NCBI GenBank assembly: GCA_951406725.2
Contig: OX597823.1
Coordinates: 69,688,001-69,752,000, forward strand
Direction of reading: 5' to 3'
DNA from: Octopus vulgaris
Taxonomy: Eukaryota
Length of the DNA stretch: 64,000 bases
The notes under the pieces were generated by a model. The model was not told the DNA's origin and ran no database searches. It saw only the letters and a list, made by a program, of their open reading frames with translations. The position numbers and the translations under genes are program-made. Of this stretch, positions 1-13,010 are shown piece by piece. Numbering within the stretch: position 1 is the first letter of the stretch; every line of letters begins with the position of its first letter.

Positions 1-1994
1 TATGCACCTGCATATACATGTGTCTGAGACAGAGAGAGGAAGTGCCAATGTGCATGTGTGTACATGTGTGTACATGTGTATGAGCGAGTGTGGTTATATG
101 TTTATAATTTTAAGAATGTGAAGTTTGTGAGTGTGTGCAAGGGATTCTAAGAAAAACAGTCGGAGGGAAATATAGAAAAATTCAAAAAGGAAAAAGTGAA
201 CGTGTGTGAGTGCGTATTTATTTGTGAATGAATGAGTGAAAGAGAACGTATGTTTGTGAGTTTGTTTGCGAGCGTATATGTGCAATTATGTATGATTTTG
301 TTTATGTGTAAAAGGAAGAGGATGAAGTGATAAGGAAGAGAGAGACACAGACAAAGAGAGAGAGGGAGGCACAAAAAAATACTATGAATATGAATGATGC
401 GATCGTGTTTCTGTCATGCGGAAAATGAGAAAAAGGGAGAAGAAAGGGAATGGAAAGGATATATGTTTGTGTGACAGAAAGTGAAAAGAAAAGAACCGCT
501 TCAGGGAGAGAATTTACCGGAGAAAATGATTTAAGTGAGGAAATATATGTGAAAGAAATAGAGCGAGGAAGAGGAATAAATTCAGAAGGACATAGGTGTA
601 AGAGAGAGTCGTGGGATGTGAGGTTAGAAGTGACATGCCAGTGAGAATAAATAAAATGCATGGTGGAGAAAAGACAGCGAAATGCGTAGATAGACTATCT
701 AACGTAGAAAAAGAAAGATTGGTATGATCATGGTGATGATGTTTAGCCCTGGGTACATCAGCCTTCATTGAACAGACGCTTGTTATCAAAGCCATTCTCT
801 GTTTGTCTATCGTGCATATAAATTATATTTTTAGCAATACTTTTTCTAATCTGCCAGTTTTTTTGTAAGACGAATAAATATCTATGATTTGATGGAATTT
901 GGTTACTGTTTGTGGCATTTCGAGTAACAGCATAGAGCATAAAGACAATCGAAAATGTTAATGCAATGAAGCAAGTTTCACTATTATGTTTTCAAAAACC
1001 TTAAGTATGGAACGAATTCTACAGCACAATCGTAACTTTGACATAATAAAATAATGTTATGGAAATGGAAATGGAAATCTATAAATTATTCCTCAAAATA
1101 GAAGTAAATCCAAATTTAAAATTGTGGAACTTTTACAGATCAAGCTAAGGCTTATCAAAACGAGGAAAAGGGAAGTGAAAAGCAAACAAGAATTATAAGG
1201 GATTAAGGGTTAACTGAATGTTTTAGTCGTTATAACACACTGTTATTCAACAACTGCAGGAAAGATATGAATAGAGAAAGATATTAACAGAGGGCAAACG
1301 TTTTAAGAAGAAATGTTTAGACATAGCAATTAATGAGGGGCCTAAGTGATAGGGTGCTCCATAGGTGATGGATACAAGAGAAACGAGTGGGACAGAAGTG
1401 CTTGAGTCGCAAGAGTCCAACCAGATTCAAGGAGAAAAGACCATTTTATTAAGACCATTTTAGTGACCTGATGCCAATCAGTCGGACGCCCCTTCTCTGG
1501 ATGCGGATTAGGATGTTGGAGTATGCAGAATAGCTTCATTTTGAATTGACCTCAGATTTGAATTTCTGAAATGATTTGGGTGATGAGAACAATGTCATAT
1601 TACAAGTATTTTGATTCTTTTCCAATAGAACAATATTATTTTAAATGCTACATTCTTCTTGTCTATGAGTAAGTTTTATCAAAGGTATTTTATATGATCA
1701 TAAGAACATAAAACCAAATTTATATCCACTCATAAACACATACCCACACACACATACGCGTACACATATGGTGATGTTTGTTCTACTGTTTTGTTTTCTG
1801 TAGGTATTAGTTGTTTTAATGCCCAATTAACATCGCTTCTTGGTCCTTTGATGCCTTAATAGATTTCACGCTGTTGCAAGCATTTGAGTCAGGTCACTGG
1901 ACTTAGAATAACATCCTGTTGTTTACCCACAGGTCCCAGGAACTCTGAAAAAGAGACGTGTGTCAATAGACACTCATCAATTCCACAATATTGA

Positions 1995-2050
1995 ACGAGA
2001 ACAAAGGTAAGAACGAGAGCAATGGTAAGAACGAGAGCAATGGTAAGAAA
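1995..2050. repeat. 18-bp minisatellite, about 3 copies
   Basis: AACGAGAGCAATGGTAAG repeated in tandem; the first copy has 2 substitutions. Confidence 0.85.
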
Positions 2051-2899
2051 CCAGTGATGGAAGAGGGAGGGATTTACAGTTGCTTTACACGATAGAGCAC
2101 CATTGTCATTCTTTAAACACATTTCCATTATTTATTCTTCAATCTTTTTCTCACATTGCATACGCCATAAAAACATTAACGCGTACGTGAACGTGGTTAG
2201 GCCAACAAGATTAGCTGGTGGGAAATCAAAAACAACGTAGACTTATAAAAGGCTGAAATATTAAAGACCCACGCAACACTCTTAGATGCTACATAGAACC
2301 GTCAGTTAGTTTTTTGAAGAGTTCTCATTCATTTACATATTTAGTCTTTAATAAACATGACCAATCCTCATACAAATATCTAAAATATTTTAGGCAATGA
2401 AGACCTTTAACCATTATATTCATTATCCGTGTATGTTGTTTTATTACTTTAATGGTTGCACATATGTAAATGCATATGTTCCGGATAATAATAACTATAT
2501 AGAAACTGATATGTTTCACACTTTCACACACAGCCTAATGCTGCGTGCTACCAACGAGGATTTAATAACATACCTCCTAAGTTGGTGAACTCGACGAGCC
2601 CGATCCGACGAACTCGACCCTCAGATAACACAAAACTCGAACACTATCAAAACAACTAATAACAGCAGGGTGGTTGAGCTCCCTATGCACGAGAGGTCGA
2701 TGACAGTCTGATTTCTCCCGGGAGACAACTAATTACCCTCTGCAATTCTTAGACCTGAAGCAACATTTTCCAGCAACCACAGAACTAAACTCTTTTCGAC
2801 CAATACTGGCATTGATAAAATGATGTATTTGATATGCTTCCATTTATCCTGAGACATACATCTTATGTCATTAACCATAGTAAATAACATCACTTGACT

Positions 2900-3830
2900 G
2901 CTATTTCTAGCCAGTTTCCAACATTTCTAAGAACCCATTTTGTCTTGCACGGCAATAAAAAATACTTTTCTTATATATCTGTGTAACTGGCACCTCAGCT
3001 TCCTCTTCCAGTCGGTCGTTTTATTGCTAAGTATAAGTAGATAAGAACATTTCTCTGCCATGTCTTTTCTACCTGTTCCAGCGTCGCAAACAACAGCATG
3101 TTTCTCGGCACCTACTCCGAAGGCTGGAAACGAGGTAATTTGGTTCACACAGTTGAAATCACACTTTTCAATAAACAAAATCTAGTTTGAATTTCACCAA
3201 TGCAGTTTCTAATTAGCGTCCTTTCGACAGCCTTAAGCCGTGAAGTAAAGCACTTAATTACAGCTCTTGCAGTTAACATGTCTGGAAAAACAAACTGGAG
3301 CTTTCCAAACGCACACGTAGTTCTCAGTAAAAGCGTTTAGATTAACTTTTACGAAGAATGAAGGAATTACCAGGAAATATTTCTTCACAATTATTTCTGT
3401 CATGTTTACCGCCAAATGTACAGATAACTCAGTAAGGCATCGCAACTTTGTCGATCAACTGGCAGGTAGTTAGTGATGGTATTATAGACATTTCACTTCT
3501 AGATTTCTCTACTTTTCTTTTCTTTGTTTCTGCACAGTTGGCGGCGTTCCGTAATTTTATCGAAGCCAAGATTCAACATTCACGGAAAAAAATAAAACTT
3601 ATCGAATCTCCTTGTCTTTCTGTATGGTACACTATTCTAGAAATTCGGCATGAAGAGGTTCTTCTAATTCCTGTAGAAAAAAGATCATACAGTCTTGATA
3701 CCATTATAGATTCGGCTCGAATATTTATCGTTGTGAATAACCTTGTTCTTTTCAGTTTGCTTCTAAGTAACAAGAAACGTTAGACACCAGCAAATAAGAG
3801 GTACTGCATCGCCTGGCACTTCTACAGTAA
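2900..3830 (-). mobile_element. Highly degenerate RTE-like LINE reverse transcriptase relic
   Basis: Minus-strand fragments KVPGDAVP (cf. KAPGPDGIP), MVSRLYDLF...ERQGD, VDRQ and AFGKL resemble RTE ORF2 motifs; many stops and frameshifts. Confidence 0.4.
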
Positions 3831-4149
3831 GTAGCTTAATTTATGTTACGTTCTAGTGAGTACTAGTGTTGAGTGCAATATTTGACCTTGCAGTATTTTA
3901 CAAGGTACACGGAAGCCGATACCATTCAGCAATACTCATTAATAGAGAAAAATATATGATGTTGCACTTAAATTTATATGGAAGTAATAATTGGATTTTC
4001 ATAGAAGCTGATTTTCCGTATTCAGTTATTGGTATTGTTTTTTCTTCATTATTTTCGCTTCGCCATCTAGTTGCTTGAAAAGATAAAAAAGTATTGATTA
4101 ATTAATTTATTGTTTAATTAATTTATGATTAGTTTGTATTGGCGTTATC

Positions 4150-4420
4150 ATTCCTTCAGCATCTACTAATGTCACATTTCTTTTAGTCGATTCCGGACAT
4201 CTCCCGCCCGTTTTTAGTGATAGAATGATGCTATTTCATTCTGTGACATATCATATTGTTAAGACTAGTCCTGTCTCTGCATATCGTAATGTCTTGCTCC
4301 AGCAAGATCTGATATTGCTAAAGATGAATTTATCCGCACGGTACAGGGTTTACTGATATTATACGAGTCTCTTGCAGGAATTGGGCGTCTCTTCTACTTA
4401 TTGTTCTGAAAATGACTGAA
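4150..4420 (+). mobile_element. Ty3/Gypsy pol fragment (protease-RT junction), pseudogenised
   Basis: Frameshifted peptides PDISRPF, HSVTYHIVKTSPVSAYR, LAPARSDIAKDEF and NWASLLLIVLK match the Gypsy pattern HSVTHHI.TTGPPV...RRLAP.RL..AK.EF...SPWASPLHMVPK. Confidence 0.7.
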
Positions 4421-4639
4421 GGGGGCTGGGTAGCGGGTCGTGTAATTGAGCAAGCCGCTTCTTTTCATGTAGCTTAAGTTCATTCAGACGAGGTCCAACA
4501 ACAGCAGGACTCTAATCGAGAGATTGACGGGTATCTCATTCAGTGGTGGGATATAATTTTGTACTAACAACTGCTTATTCCCCATGGAACCTGGGCCTAA
4601 TGGACTTCTAGGTTCGAGATAGGAAAGAAGGTGGAACAA

Positions 4640-5869
4640 CGAGATGATATCAAGACGTTCCCGGACTGGTTATGTTTAATAAAAATAACTTATTTACCTA
4701 AGTTTAAACATCCTCTCCTTCGTAATAGTCACCCTGCGCAGCAAAATACCGGTCCCAGCGTTCTCTGCCACTTTTGGAATCCGGCCTGGAAGTTGTTTTC
4801 CACGAGCCAGTCGTGGGCCTTCTGCGATTTGCTCTTGATCTTGACAACAGTGTTAAAACAGCGACCTTGAGCAGCATTTTCATCTTGGGTAAGAGATGGA
4901 ATTCCACAGGTGCAAAATGTAACGAATAGGGCGGGTACGGAAGTGATACTATGTTCTTTTTGAGGGAGTAGTGCTCGGCGATAGAGTACATTGTCGTCGT
5001 GTAGAATCCAATTCTTCGCGCCCCACACATCCGGTTGCTTTCGCCGAATGTTCTCCCACAACTCCGCCAGTAGAATTCCCGATTAACGGTCTGGCTCTGG
5101 GGGACGAATTCTCTATGCACAGTACCGCAGATATCATAAAAAAAAGATAAGCATGCTTTTGATTGAACTGCGGCTCTACTGTGCCTACTCCGGTTGTGGA
5201 GATGAAATGATCTTCTACTGAGACGACTCTGCTTCGTCTAAGGGTCGTATCCGTACACCCAACTCTCGTTACCGGTGATGATACACGACATGAAGGAAGG
5301 GTCATCAGCGGGACACTGACGGAGATCTTGACAGACTTCGACGCATTGTACTTTCTGCTCAATGGTGAGCAGACGGGGGACGAACTTTATAGAATTTAAG
5401 ATTGGCTGCCCAGACCCATACGACAGACCAATAACATCAGCAATGTCATTGATTGTACTCAGACGATCTTGATGCACAAGCTGATGAATATCCTCCACAT
5501 TTCCGAAGGTGACGCACGTGGCAGGTTTTCCAGATCGCTTCTACTTTTCAAGGACCTGTGCCACTCAAAATATTGCGTACAACCCATTGCTTCGTCACCG
5601 TAAGTTTGCCGAAGCATGCTCAATTTTTTGGTATTAGACTATCCAAGTTTAACGCAAAATTTCACGTTGGCTTTTGTACCATCTTACTGTCCATGACAAA
5701 AATTGCAGATTACAGCATACAAATAATCACAAAATCACAAGTTTTACAACTTGCAAAGTGCACAAAGCGACGTCACTCGGCGCACTGCCTCATGAAAGTC
5801 ACTGCTAGCACTCATTGCACACGTTGGTGCGCTACGGACTAGTCCGGGGATCTTTTGACGCACCTGGTA
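4640..5869 (-). mobile_element. Full-length degenerate mariner (Tc1/mariner) transposon, about 1.23 kb
   Basis: Imperfect TIRs CGAGATGATATCAAGACGTTCCCGGACT (4640-4667) and AGTCCGGGGATCTTTTGACGCACCTGG (5841-5867), with TA at 5868-5869; encloses a broken transposase. Confidence 0.9.
4704..5694 (-). pseudogene. Mariner transposase pseudogene
   Basis: Fragments ANVKFCVKLG, FVPRLLT, IITGNESWVYGYDP, HREFVPQSQTVNREFY, WILHDDN, PYPPYSLHFAPVEFHLLPKMK (YSPDLAP motif) and QGDYYEG, spread across several frames. Confidence 0.9.
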
Positions 5870-5979
5870 TCTAAAGTTGAAAACAACTTTCAAATATAAT
5901 CTGTTTTCAAATTCAAGTATTCCTGCATTGAAATACAAAACTATATATATTGAGACATTCTGCTATGTATACCTACCTG

Positions 5980-6209
5980 CCTATTTCTTTACTACCCACA
6001 AGGGGCTAAACACAGAGGGAGCAAACAAGGACAGACAAGCGGATTAAGTCGATTATATCGACCCCAATGAGTAACTAGTACTTAATTTATCGACCCCGAA
6101 AGGATGAAAGGCAAAGTCGACCTCGGCGGAATTTGAACTCAAACCGTAACGGCAGACGAAATACGGCTACGCTTTTCGCCCGGCGTGCTAACGAGTCTGC
6201 CAGCTCGCC
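5980..6209 (-). mobile_element. tRNA-derived SINE, family A (long-tail form)
   Basis: Reverse complement reads GGCGAGCTGGCAGA..GTTAGCAC (A box), GAGTTCAAATTCC (B box), then GCCTTTCATCCTTTCGGGGTCGATAAA; nearly identical to 61601-61831. Confidence 0.9.
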
Positions 6210-6789
6210 GTACCTACCTACCTACATGCCTGCCTACCTGCCTACCTACCCTCTCACCAATCTACCTACCAACCTCCCTCCCTACCTACTTACCTACCTA
6301 CATACATGCATACATACATACATACATACATACATACATACATACATACATACATACATACATACATACATACATACATGCATATGTATCTTTATATACT
6401 GTTGCTTAGCTCCAGGTCATTTCCAATATTGTAAATCAATAATCAAAATCGTAGGAGTCGTGACCCACCCAATTGCTTTCAGGCATTGTATTTAAAATAA
6501 AATTGTCCAACGTATTCTTTAAAAAGTTAAATTATGCGTTCAGTAACAGGTTTTAAAAGGTTCGGGCTGATAAGAGCAAAATAGCACTGTAAAGGTAAGG
6601 CCTTCACAAAATAGCAAAACATTATTTGTAATACGTTCACTGACAGTGCCCCAGCATGGGCACCAACGACTGTTGAACAAGGGAAAGTGTAGAAGATACA
6701 TTTATTCCTATATTGTCGCACAAGCAAACAGGATTTCTTTCAATGTTACAGTGTTATTAATCTTGTGTAAAAATTGTTCTATAGAGAGT

Positions 6790-7013
6790 TTCACATACGC
6801 ACACATACACACACATACATACACACACATACACACATATACACATACACATACACACACAGATAGATAGATGGATAAATAGATATGTGTGTAGGTGTAT
6901 ATGTGTGGGTATATATATATATGTGGGTGTGTGTGAGAGAGTATATATGTACATGTATATGTGTTTATATTCGTATGCATACACGTATATAAATATATAC
7001 ATATATCTATATA

Positions 7014-7047
<34 letters not shown>

Positions 7048-7250
7048 CGTATATTTATATATGTGTATATACATGCATATATAATTATATGTATATTTGT
7101 ATATATGTATTCATGCAGATATGTGTGTATATATGTGTATACACACACACACATATATATATATATATACACTCAAATGAATACACACAGAGAGACACAT
7201 ACACACTTCACGCATGCACACACTCAAACACCACACTCACAGACACACAC

Positions 7251-7294
<44 letters not shown>

Positions 7295-7295
7295 C
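6790..7295. repeat. Compound CA/TA/TG microsatellite
   Basis: Dinucleotide runs; these generate the spurious YIYI/HTHT ORFs. Confidence 0.95.
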
Positions 7296-7699
7296 ATTTT
7301 CCAATATTTCTCGCACAATAACTTAGATTTGTCTATTCGAGGTATTATTTCAATATGAAAGAAGGAAGTGAGCGAATAAAAAGAAGCTTATATTTGACTT
7401 TTGAAGTCAATTAATCTTGATACGTGTTAGATACCAAAGAAAGTCCGTAGGGAGTCAGCGAGGTCATGCTGATAAATGTTGGCAGGAAAAACGAAACGAA
7501 ACGAAGGGAATGTTAAGGCGGAAAGAAATAATTCTTTGACTGCATTCTGAATAATGGCTAAATGTAATAAAGGAAATGTAGCAAAAGGAAACTAATTTAT
7601 TTAAGAATATTGATTTTTTACATACGCACAGTTCTCAATAACATGAAGAAGGATATAGGTGATCATATCGATCCCAAGACTTGACAAATATCTATTTTA

Positions 7700-8350
7700 T
7701 TCACGCTTACTGGAGCCTGACAATTCCAATTGCAAAATTAGTAGACATAGCATATTATTAGATAAACCTGCCTTATTAACACATGAAAATCACAGAGTAA
7801 TTCCGCAGCTGCTCAAAGATCAGCAGATACGTTTTTGCAATACAGTGCAGTCTGGTATCACGTGAAACGTCTATGTTTATATTTGAGAGAAAGCATTAGA
7901 ATATGAATAGAATTAGCCATAATGTTACCTATTAAACATTGTAACAATGAGATTTATATAAGGAATGAAGTTTTGTTCTTCAATGCTGTTCAGACCATTG
8001 TGCGGTTGACAGTGGAAGAATCTACGAGGAAGACGTGCCAGATATGTTCGAAAATCTGAGTTGTTGTCTCTTTTGTACGGATTCATTGATGGTGTTTTTA
8101 AGTCTACAATTGACTTCTGTGTTTGGAAGGCAGAGAATGAACCCAGAAAAACTGAGAAATTTCCGAAGCCATTGGATGTTTACTCACTGTGCATTTGTAG
8201 GGGATGGTACTGCTATGGTATCATATTCTGGAAGCATTCTAATTGTTGTTACTCTACGTAGAACATGTGGTGCGAAGTGCCATTGGTGTTATATGTTCAG
8301 AATAATCCTTTCATAATCCTTTCATAATTCGCAACAGCAATTGATATGAT
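7700..8350 (-). mobile_element. Ty3/Gypsy RT-RNase H relic
   Basis: Minus-strand peptides IQWLRKFLSFSGFILCLPN (cf. LR.FLG..NFYRRFIPN) and FLVDSSTV (cf. LMVDAS.VAVG). Confidence 0.45.
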
Positions 8351-9278
8351 GACTTGCAAATTTTCTGCAGTGTGAGATAGAAAATCAGTTATCAGCGTAC
8401 TTCAGCTCAAAAATCTGCTCAGCTTTTGTCTGTTAGTGGCTGTAACCAACTAACAGCGACTCGAGACTGTCCTTTCTCTTGCATAACACTATTGTTACTT
8501 AGAGGAGGAAATGCTTAAGAGTGCCGACACTTCGCTTGTTTCCTGTTTTTACTCTATAAGTCTGAATCCATTGCCTTAATGAAAAATGTAGGCCGCGTTT
8601 TTCATGTGTAGAATCAATAAATAAGATTCACACAACTGGGTGAGAAACAGAGTTTTATGAAAATATTTCACACATAGAACCGAAAGCATTTAACGTTTGT
8701 GCAAATCTAATTTGCAGGTTCTTAGTTCTCTTATTGCATTTCTCCTGAAGTTAATTTTCAAAGATGATCTTGATGATACTGCCTCAGTTTTTGCCGAAGT
8801 CACACCAGGAATCTAATTTGATATTCTCTGACATTCATTACACCAATTATGTGAACTTGGTCATAATCATCTAGCAACCGATAGTATATAGTTATACAGT
8901 TAATTTTGAAAGCAGACACATTTGGTTTCTTCGTTTTCAAAAGATGGTCGCAATGTAAGCCTCTTTCTCGTGTTAAGATTACAATCCTTGTTCCATTCCG
9001 GCGTATGAAATACTTTTATATAGATATATTCACGCTATGTCGACACTTCTTTAAGAATATTATCGAGTCAGTGATATTTATTGCTTTATATGGTTTTCGA
9101 TGATCCACCAGCCTTAGAAAAATACACATCAACTGCCAAATAAACTAATCAAAATATTTCTCTTAACTACTTATGACTGAAATCCTGACTAGAGATGTGC
9201 CGTCTGCTGATTTCACTGGTACAATGAGATAATACACATACACACACACTCACAGCCACCCACTGACAAACACACACG

Positions 9279-9326
<48 letters not shown>

Positions 9327-9329
<3 letters not shown>

Positions 9330-9530
9330 GAAATTTACGGAAAAACAAAAGACAAAGACAGGTGTATAAACAACAAGCAGGTGTATTAGTTTAACGATGG
9401 GGAAGGTGAGAAGGTCTTTTATAATTCGAGCCTACTCTCTTCAACAGAAACGAACACGAGGAAATAAACAGAGAGAGAGAATAAGAAAAAAATACTTGTA
9501 GATTTGACGGTCAATCATCGCGACCTATTC
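9327..9530 (-). mobile_element. Short (TA)n-associated element with a decayed minimal hammerhead (probable Penelope-like pseudo-LTR fragment)
   Basis: Reverse complement TTT-CTGTTGA-A-GAGAGTAGGCTC-GAAT-TA-TA-AAAG; homologous to 21320-21480. Confidence 0.6.
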
Positions 9531-9675
9531 GCAGCAGGCGTTATATAAATATGTTAACGTATCAATCTGCATTTCCATTGGGTAACTTGTTTGACACATC
9601 TCACTCGCAGATAACTTCAACATATTCCGGCACTGAAAACCAAAATTCGAAAACACACACACACATACAGATATA

Positions 9676-10710
9676 TCTCTCTATATATAAAACTGAGGAT
9701 GTGTGTCTGTCTGTCTGTCTGTGTGTTTCCCTAAAACTTGAGAACTACCCAACCAATTTCATTCAAATTTTACACATGCCTTACTTAGGGTCCGAGGAGT
9801 GTCATCGGCAAAAAATCGTTTAACTTTTTGCCTAGGGCGAGCTCACAGCAATATCATATCTTCTCCACTATTTCAGTATTACGTGTTAAAAGTGAAACAA
9901 AAACATTTCTCTATTTTATGTCAGATACTTTCACTTTAACAATAAAAATAATAATAATAATTGAATTATATGTAGTAAGTAATAATTAAAATCAAACTAA
10001 AGTATAATATAATTGTAACATAACAAAAGTAAAAATAGCAATTGGTATAAAATTGCATCAATAACTTGAACTTGAATAAGTGGTTTCACATGAATGGGAA
10101 TAAATTAAAAATAAAATTAGCGTGCAGAAATGGAATAGTCCAGATGGATAATAAAAAATTAAATCAAAGAAAAGACTATTGTCTATAAAGTATACAATGT
10201 AGACAAAAAAGATTTGAACACATGGAGAAAAGCACTATCAAAAAGTGTTTTGGTGCGACTATGAAGATATCTAACCAGAGGCGGTAAATTCGCCACAATA
10301 GAAGCAAGGTTTGAGTCAACGGAGCGTGCAAAGAAGTACTCGACTCGAACTTGCAAAGTGGAAATATTTTATTTTTACCTTTATATCTGGGACGTAGGAC
10401 GTGCCGGATAAAAATTTTAAATGCCCCCCCACCCCGAAGTTGAGGTAGGCTGGATTGTAGCCACACTTCTATACAAGAGGGAGGACAAGATACAATTGAT
10501 CGAAATTGCAAGAGACGGGCTTACAATTCCAGTCTGTTATATATTTTGATTATTGTTATCACTAGCGATATCAAGATATAACTTTGTATTTTGTATTTTA
10601 TGTGTAGATGTATATATATAGATGTACATGTAATATGTACACATATATATATATACACATATATACATGCACTAGCACTATGACCCGGCAACGACGGGTC
10701 ATAATGCTAG
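9676..10710 (+). mobile_element. Non-autonomous Helitron-like element
   Basis: Begins A|TCTCTCTATATATAAAA and ends with the hairpin TATGACCCG-GCAACGA-CGGGTCATA followed by ATGCTAG|T (TC...CTAG inserted at AT). Confidence 0.7.
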
Positions 10711-10765
10711 TATATATATATATATATATATATATCATCACTAAATGTGACTGAGGTTGCTGAGG

Positions 10766-10915
10766 AACCTATATTTTTAGAAATAAGAATTAAAGACTCT
10801 TAATGCTGGAAGAAAAACTTATTATATATACACTGACAAGGGTGTCAATACATATATATTGCACTCTTCTTACAACATCAAGAGTCTTTAACTCTTATTT
10901 CTAGCAATATAGGTG
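10766..10915. repeat. Imperfect inverted repeat between (TA)n tracts
   Basis: ACCTATATTTTTAGAAATAAGAATTAAAGACTCTT versus AAGAGTCTTTAACTCTTATTTCTAGCAATATAGGT. Confidence 0.8.
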
Positions 10916-10977
10916 CTTCGGTCCCCCCTAAATGTTGCTTTTATATCATATTGCGACTAGCCGTTTTTAATATTATA

Positions 10978-11024
<47 letters not shown>

Positions 11025-11033
<9 letters not shown>

Positions 11034-11174
11034 GAGTAAATAATTTCTTCGGTGGTTTTCAGACAACCAACAATTATTTACCGCTAATGGTCATATTTAC
11101 ATACCGAATTCTACCGGTAAATAATTGTTGGTTGTCTGAAAAACCATCGAAGAAATTATTTACTCTTATTATTA
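11025..11174. repeat. Fold-back inverted repeat, arms about 58 bp
   Basis: AAGAGTAAATAATTTCTTCGGTGGTTTTCAGACAACCAACAATTATTTACCG is mirrored at 11115-11173. Confidence 0.9.
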
Positions 11175-11384
11175 TATTACTAATTGGAATTTTCACTCCC
11201 TTACGACGACCCATAGTTTCTAACCCTAAGGAACTATTCTTGTAATGCGCATGGCAAAATTTTGGAGGGAGAATTTACGGATTCAATCGTCAACATAGGT
11301 TTAACCTATGCTCGCTTTTCTCCCACTACTTTGATGTCGCCTGGTCAAAGGTGGAGGTAGGTGGCATTTGATAAATCTATCGAA

Positions 11385-11451
11385 GATGGCGATGATGAAA
11401 GACATGAAGTATTTTCTTACTTCTGATCCTGAAACATGCGTGTCCGCTATT
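11385..11451 (+). ncRNA. Type I hammerhead-like motif (C3A core)
   Basis: Stem I GATGGCG/CGCTATT, core ATGATGA, stem II containing GAAGTA/TACTTC, GAAA, stem III CATGCGTG, then TC. Confidence 0.6.
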
Positions 11452-11718
11452 AACGGTAAGGCATTGTTTTCGTTATTTATTCCTCCTATTTTGCATTTGT
11501 GAATTACAGGGTTATGTGGTATGTGGAGCCCCACTTGTAGAAAATAGAAATAAATAGTCTCTGACTGCTATTTCTAATTCTTCCTGTTGCCTGCCCTTCT
11601 ACTTTACATATATATATATATATATATATAAATTGAGGAGATAATCATTAAAATGATTATATCAATGGTTAGCTTATAAAAAATGATCATATCTGTAAAT
11701 TTTACCGATAATTTTACC

Positions 11719-11755
<37 letters not shown>

Positions 11756-11816
11756 GTATATAGCAAGAGAGAGAGAGAGAGATAGAGAGAGGTACACATA
11801 TATATCTACGTGCATA

Positions 11817-11857
<41 letters not shown>

Positions 11858-12599
11858 GCTCCAATTTGTTGTCTTCTTGATGCATGAAATTATAAACTGT
11901 AATAAAACCTGTTACAAGTTTCCGTAATGAAAATTGATTGATTAATTTACTTCAGATTTTAACATGCGTTTCAGATTGACTAGAACTGTTTGGGAATTCG
12001 AACGAAGATAAGTTGTTTGATTTTGCAATGTATCCCTTTGATGTAAGTGCAGGATGCCATGAATGAGTTTAGGGTTTAAAAGGAAATACAGCCACAAAAC
12101 AAAGCTAAACTGTTTTATACTCTGCAACCTAATGTATGAAAGGCAGCTTTAAATTAGGGAATGTTTCCATTCGCTGAAGACACAATTGAAAATTTCGATA
12201 TGTCAGTTCACAATCAAGTAATTTTTTTTTTTAAATATATATCTATTGTTTCATTTGAAATAAAGTTCTGACATGTGCAATTACCAGCATCGGAATAAGA
12301 GAGTATGGGAACGAATGAATTTCAATTTTGTGCTGACTCTCTAATCTCAAGATTGATTATAGTTTACTGAAATAATATGATCTTTCTAAGCTCAATGTTC
12401 TTGTGGCAAATCTATTTATTCCTTTTTATCCAACTTTAATATATGTTATTGTGATTCCTTTCAAATTTCGCATCGATCACTATGTGTTGAGCGTTTTTGA
12501 TGAAACTGCAAGTTACACTATTTTGCTTTACTAGAGGTTTTACAATAAGTTTGCTTTTGTTTTTAACTCTTGATTCAGCTATTCTCATTTTGGTTTATA

Positions 12600-13010
12600 T
12601 CCAAGTTTACCCCGATCGAGAGGATCAATAATCAAATATACATACTCTACCTATGTATGACTTTATTTTCGGGTCTGGTGTATGTACAACTATGTTATCA
12701 AGTGTGTCCTTCTGTTTTTAAGACAGCAGAGTATATTTTAAAGGTGATTAGACTGTTCAGGCTATCAGGACGAACCACTGCATAGAGACCCTTACTATCG
12801 CCTCAAATTTTCCCCTCCATTTTATCTAGATGGAGGATATATCTAAGACCTCTCTAACTAATGCCTCTATGAAATAACATTCCACCGCCTTAAAATGATA
12901 AGGATACTGTCAACAATGTAGTACCTTATATACAACATAACGGAATGGTCATAACTGGAGAAGCTTTTGATCGTAGATCTACTACATTATGGGTGATCTG
13001 GTATAAGCAA
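12600..13010. repeat. Ancient dispersed repeat, two copies in opposite orientation
   Basis: Degenerate TTTAGCCCCAGG..CTGATCGAG..GACCTATGATCAAA-type motif, also seen near 740, 34360, 36730, 44400 and 62500-62710. Confidence 0.45.

Noticed and set aside
1340-1560. Possible CR1/L2 RT scrap (SITYGAPYHLGPSL, minus strand)
   Set aside because: A single weak motif; too degenerate to call.
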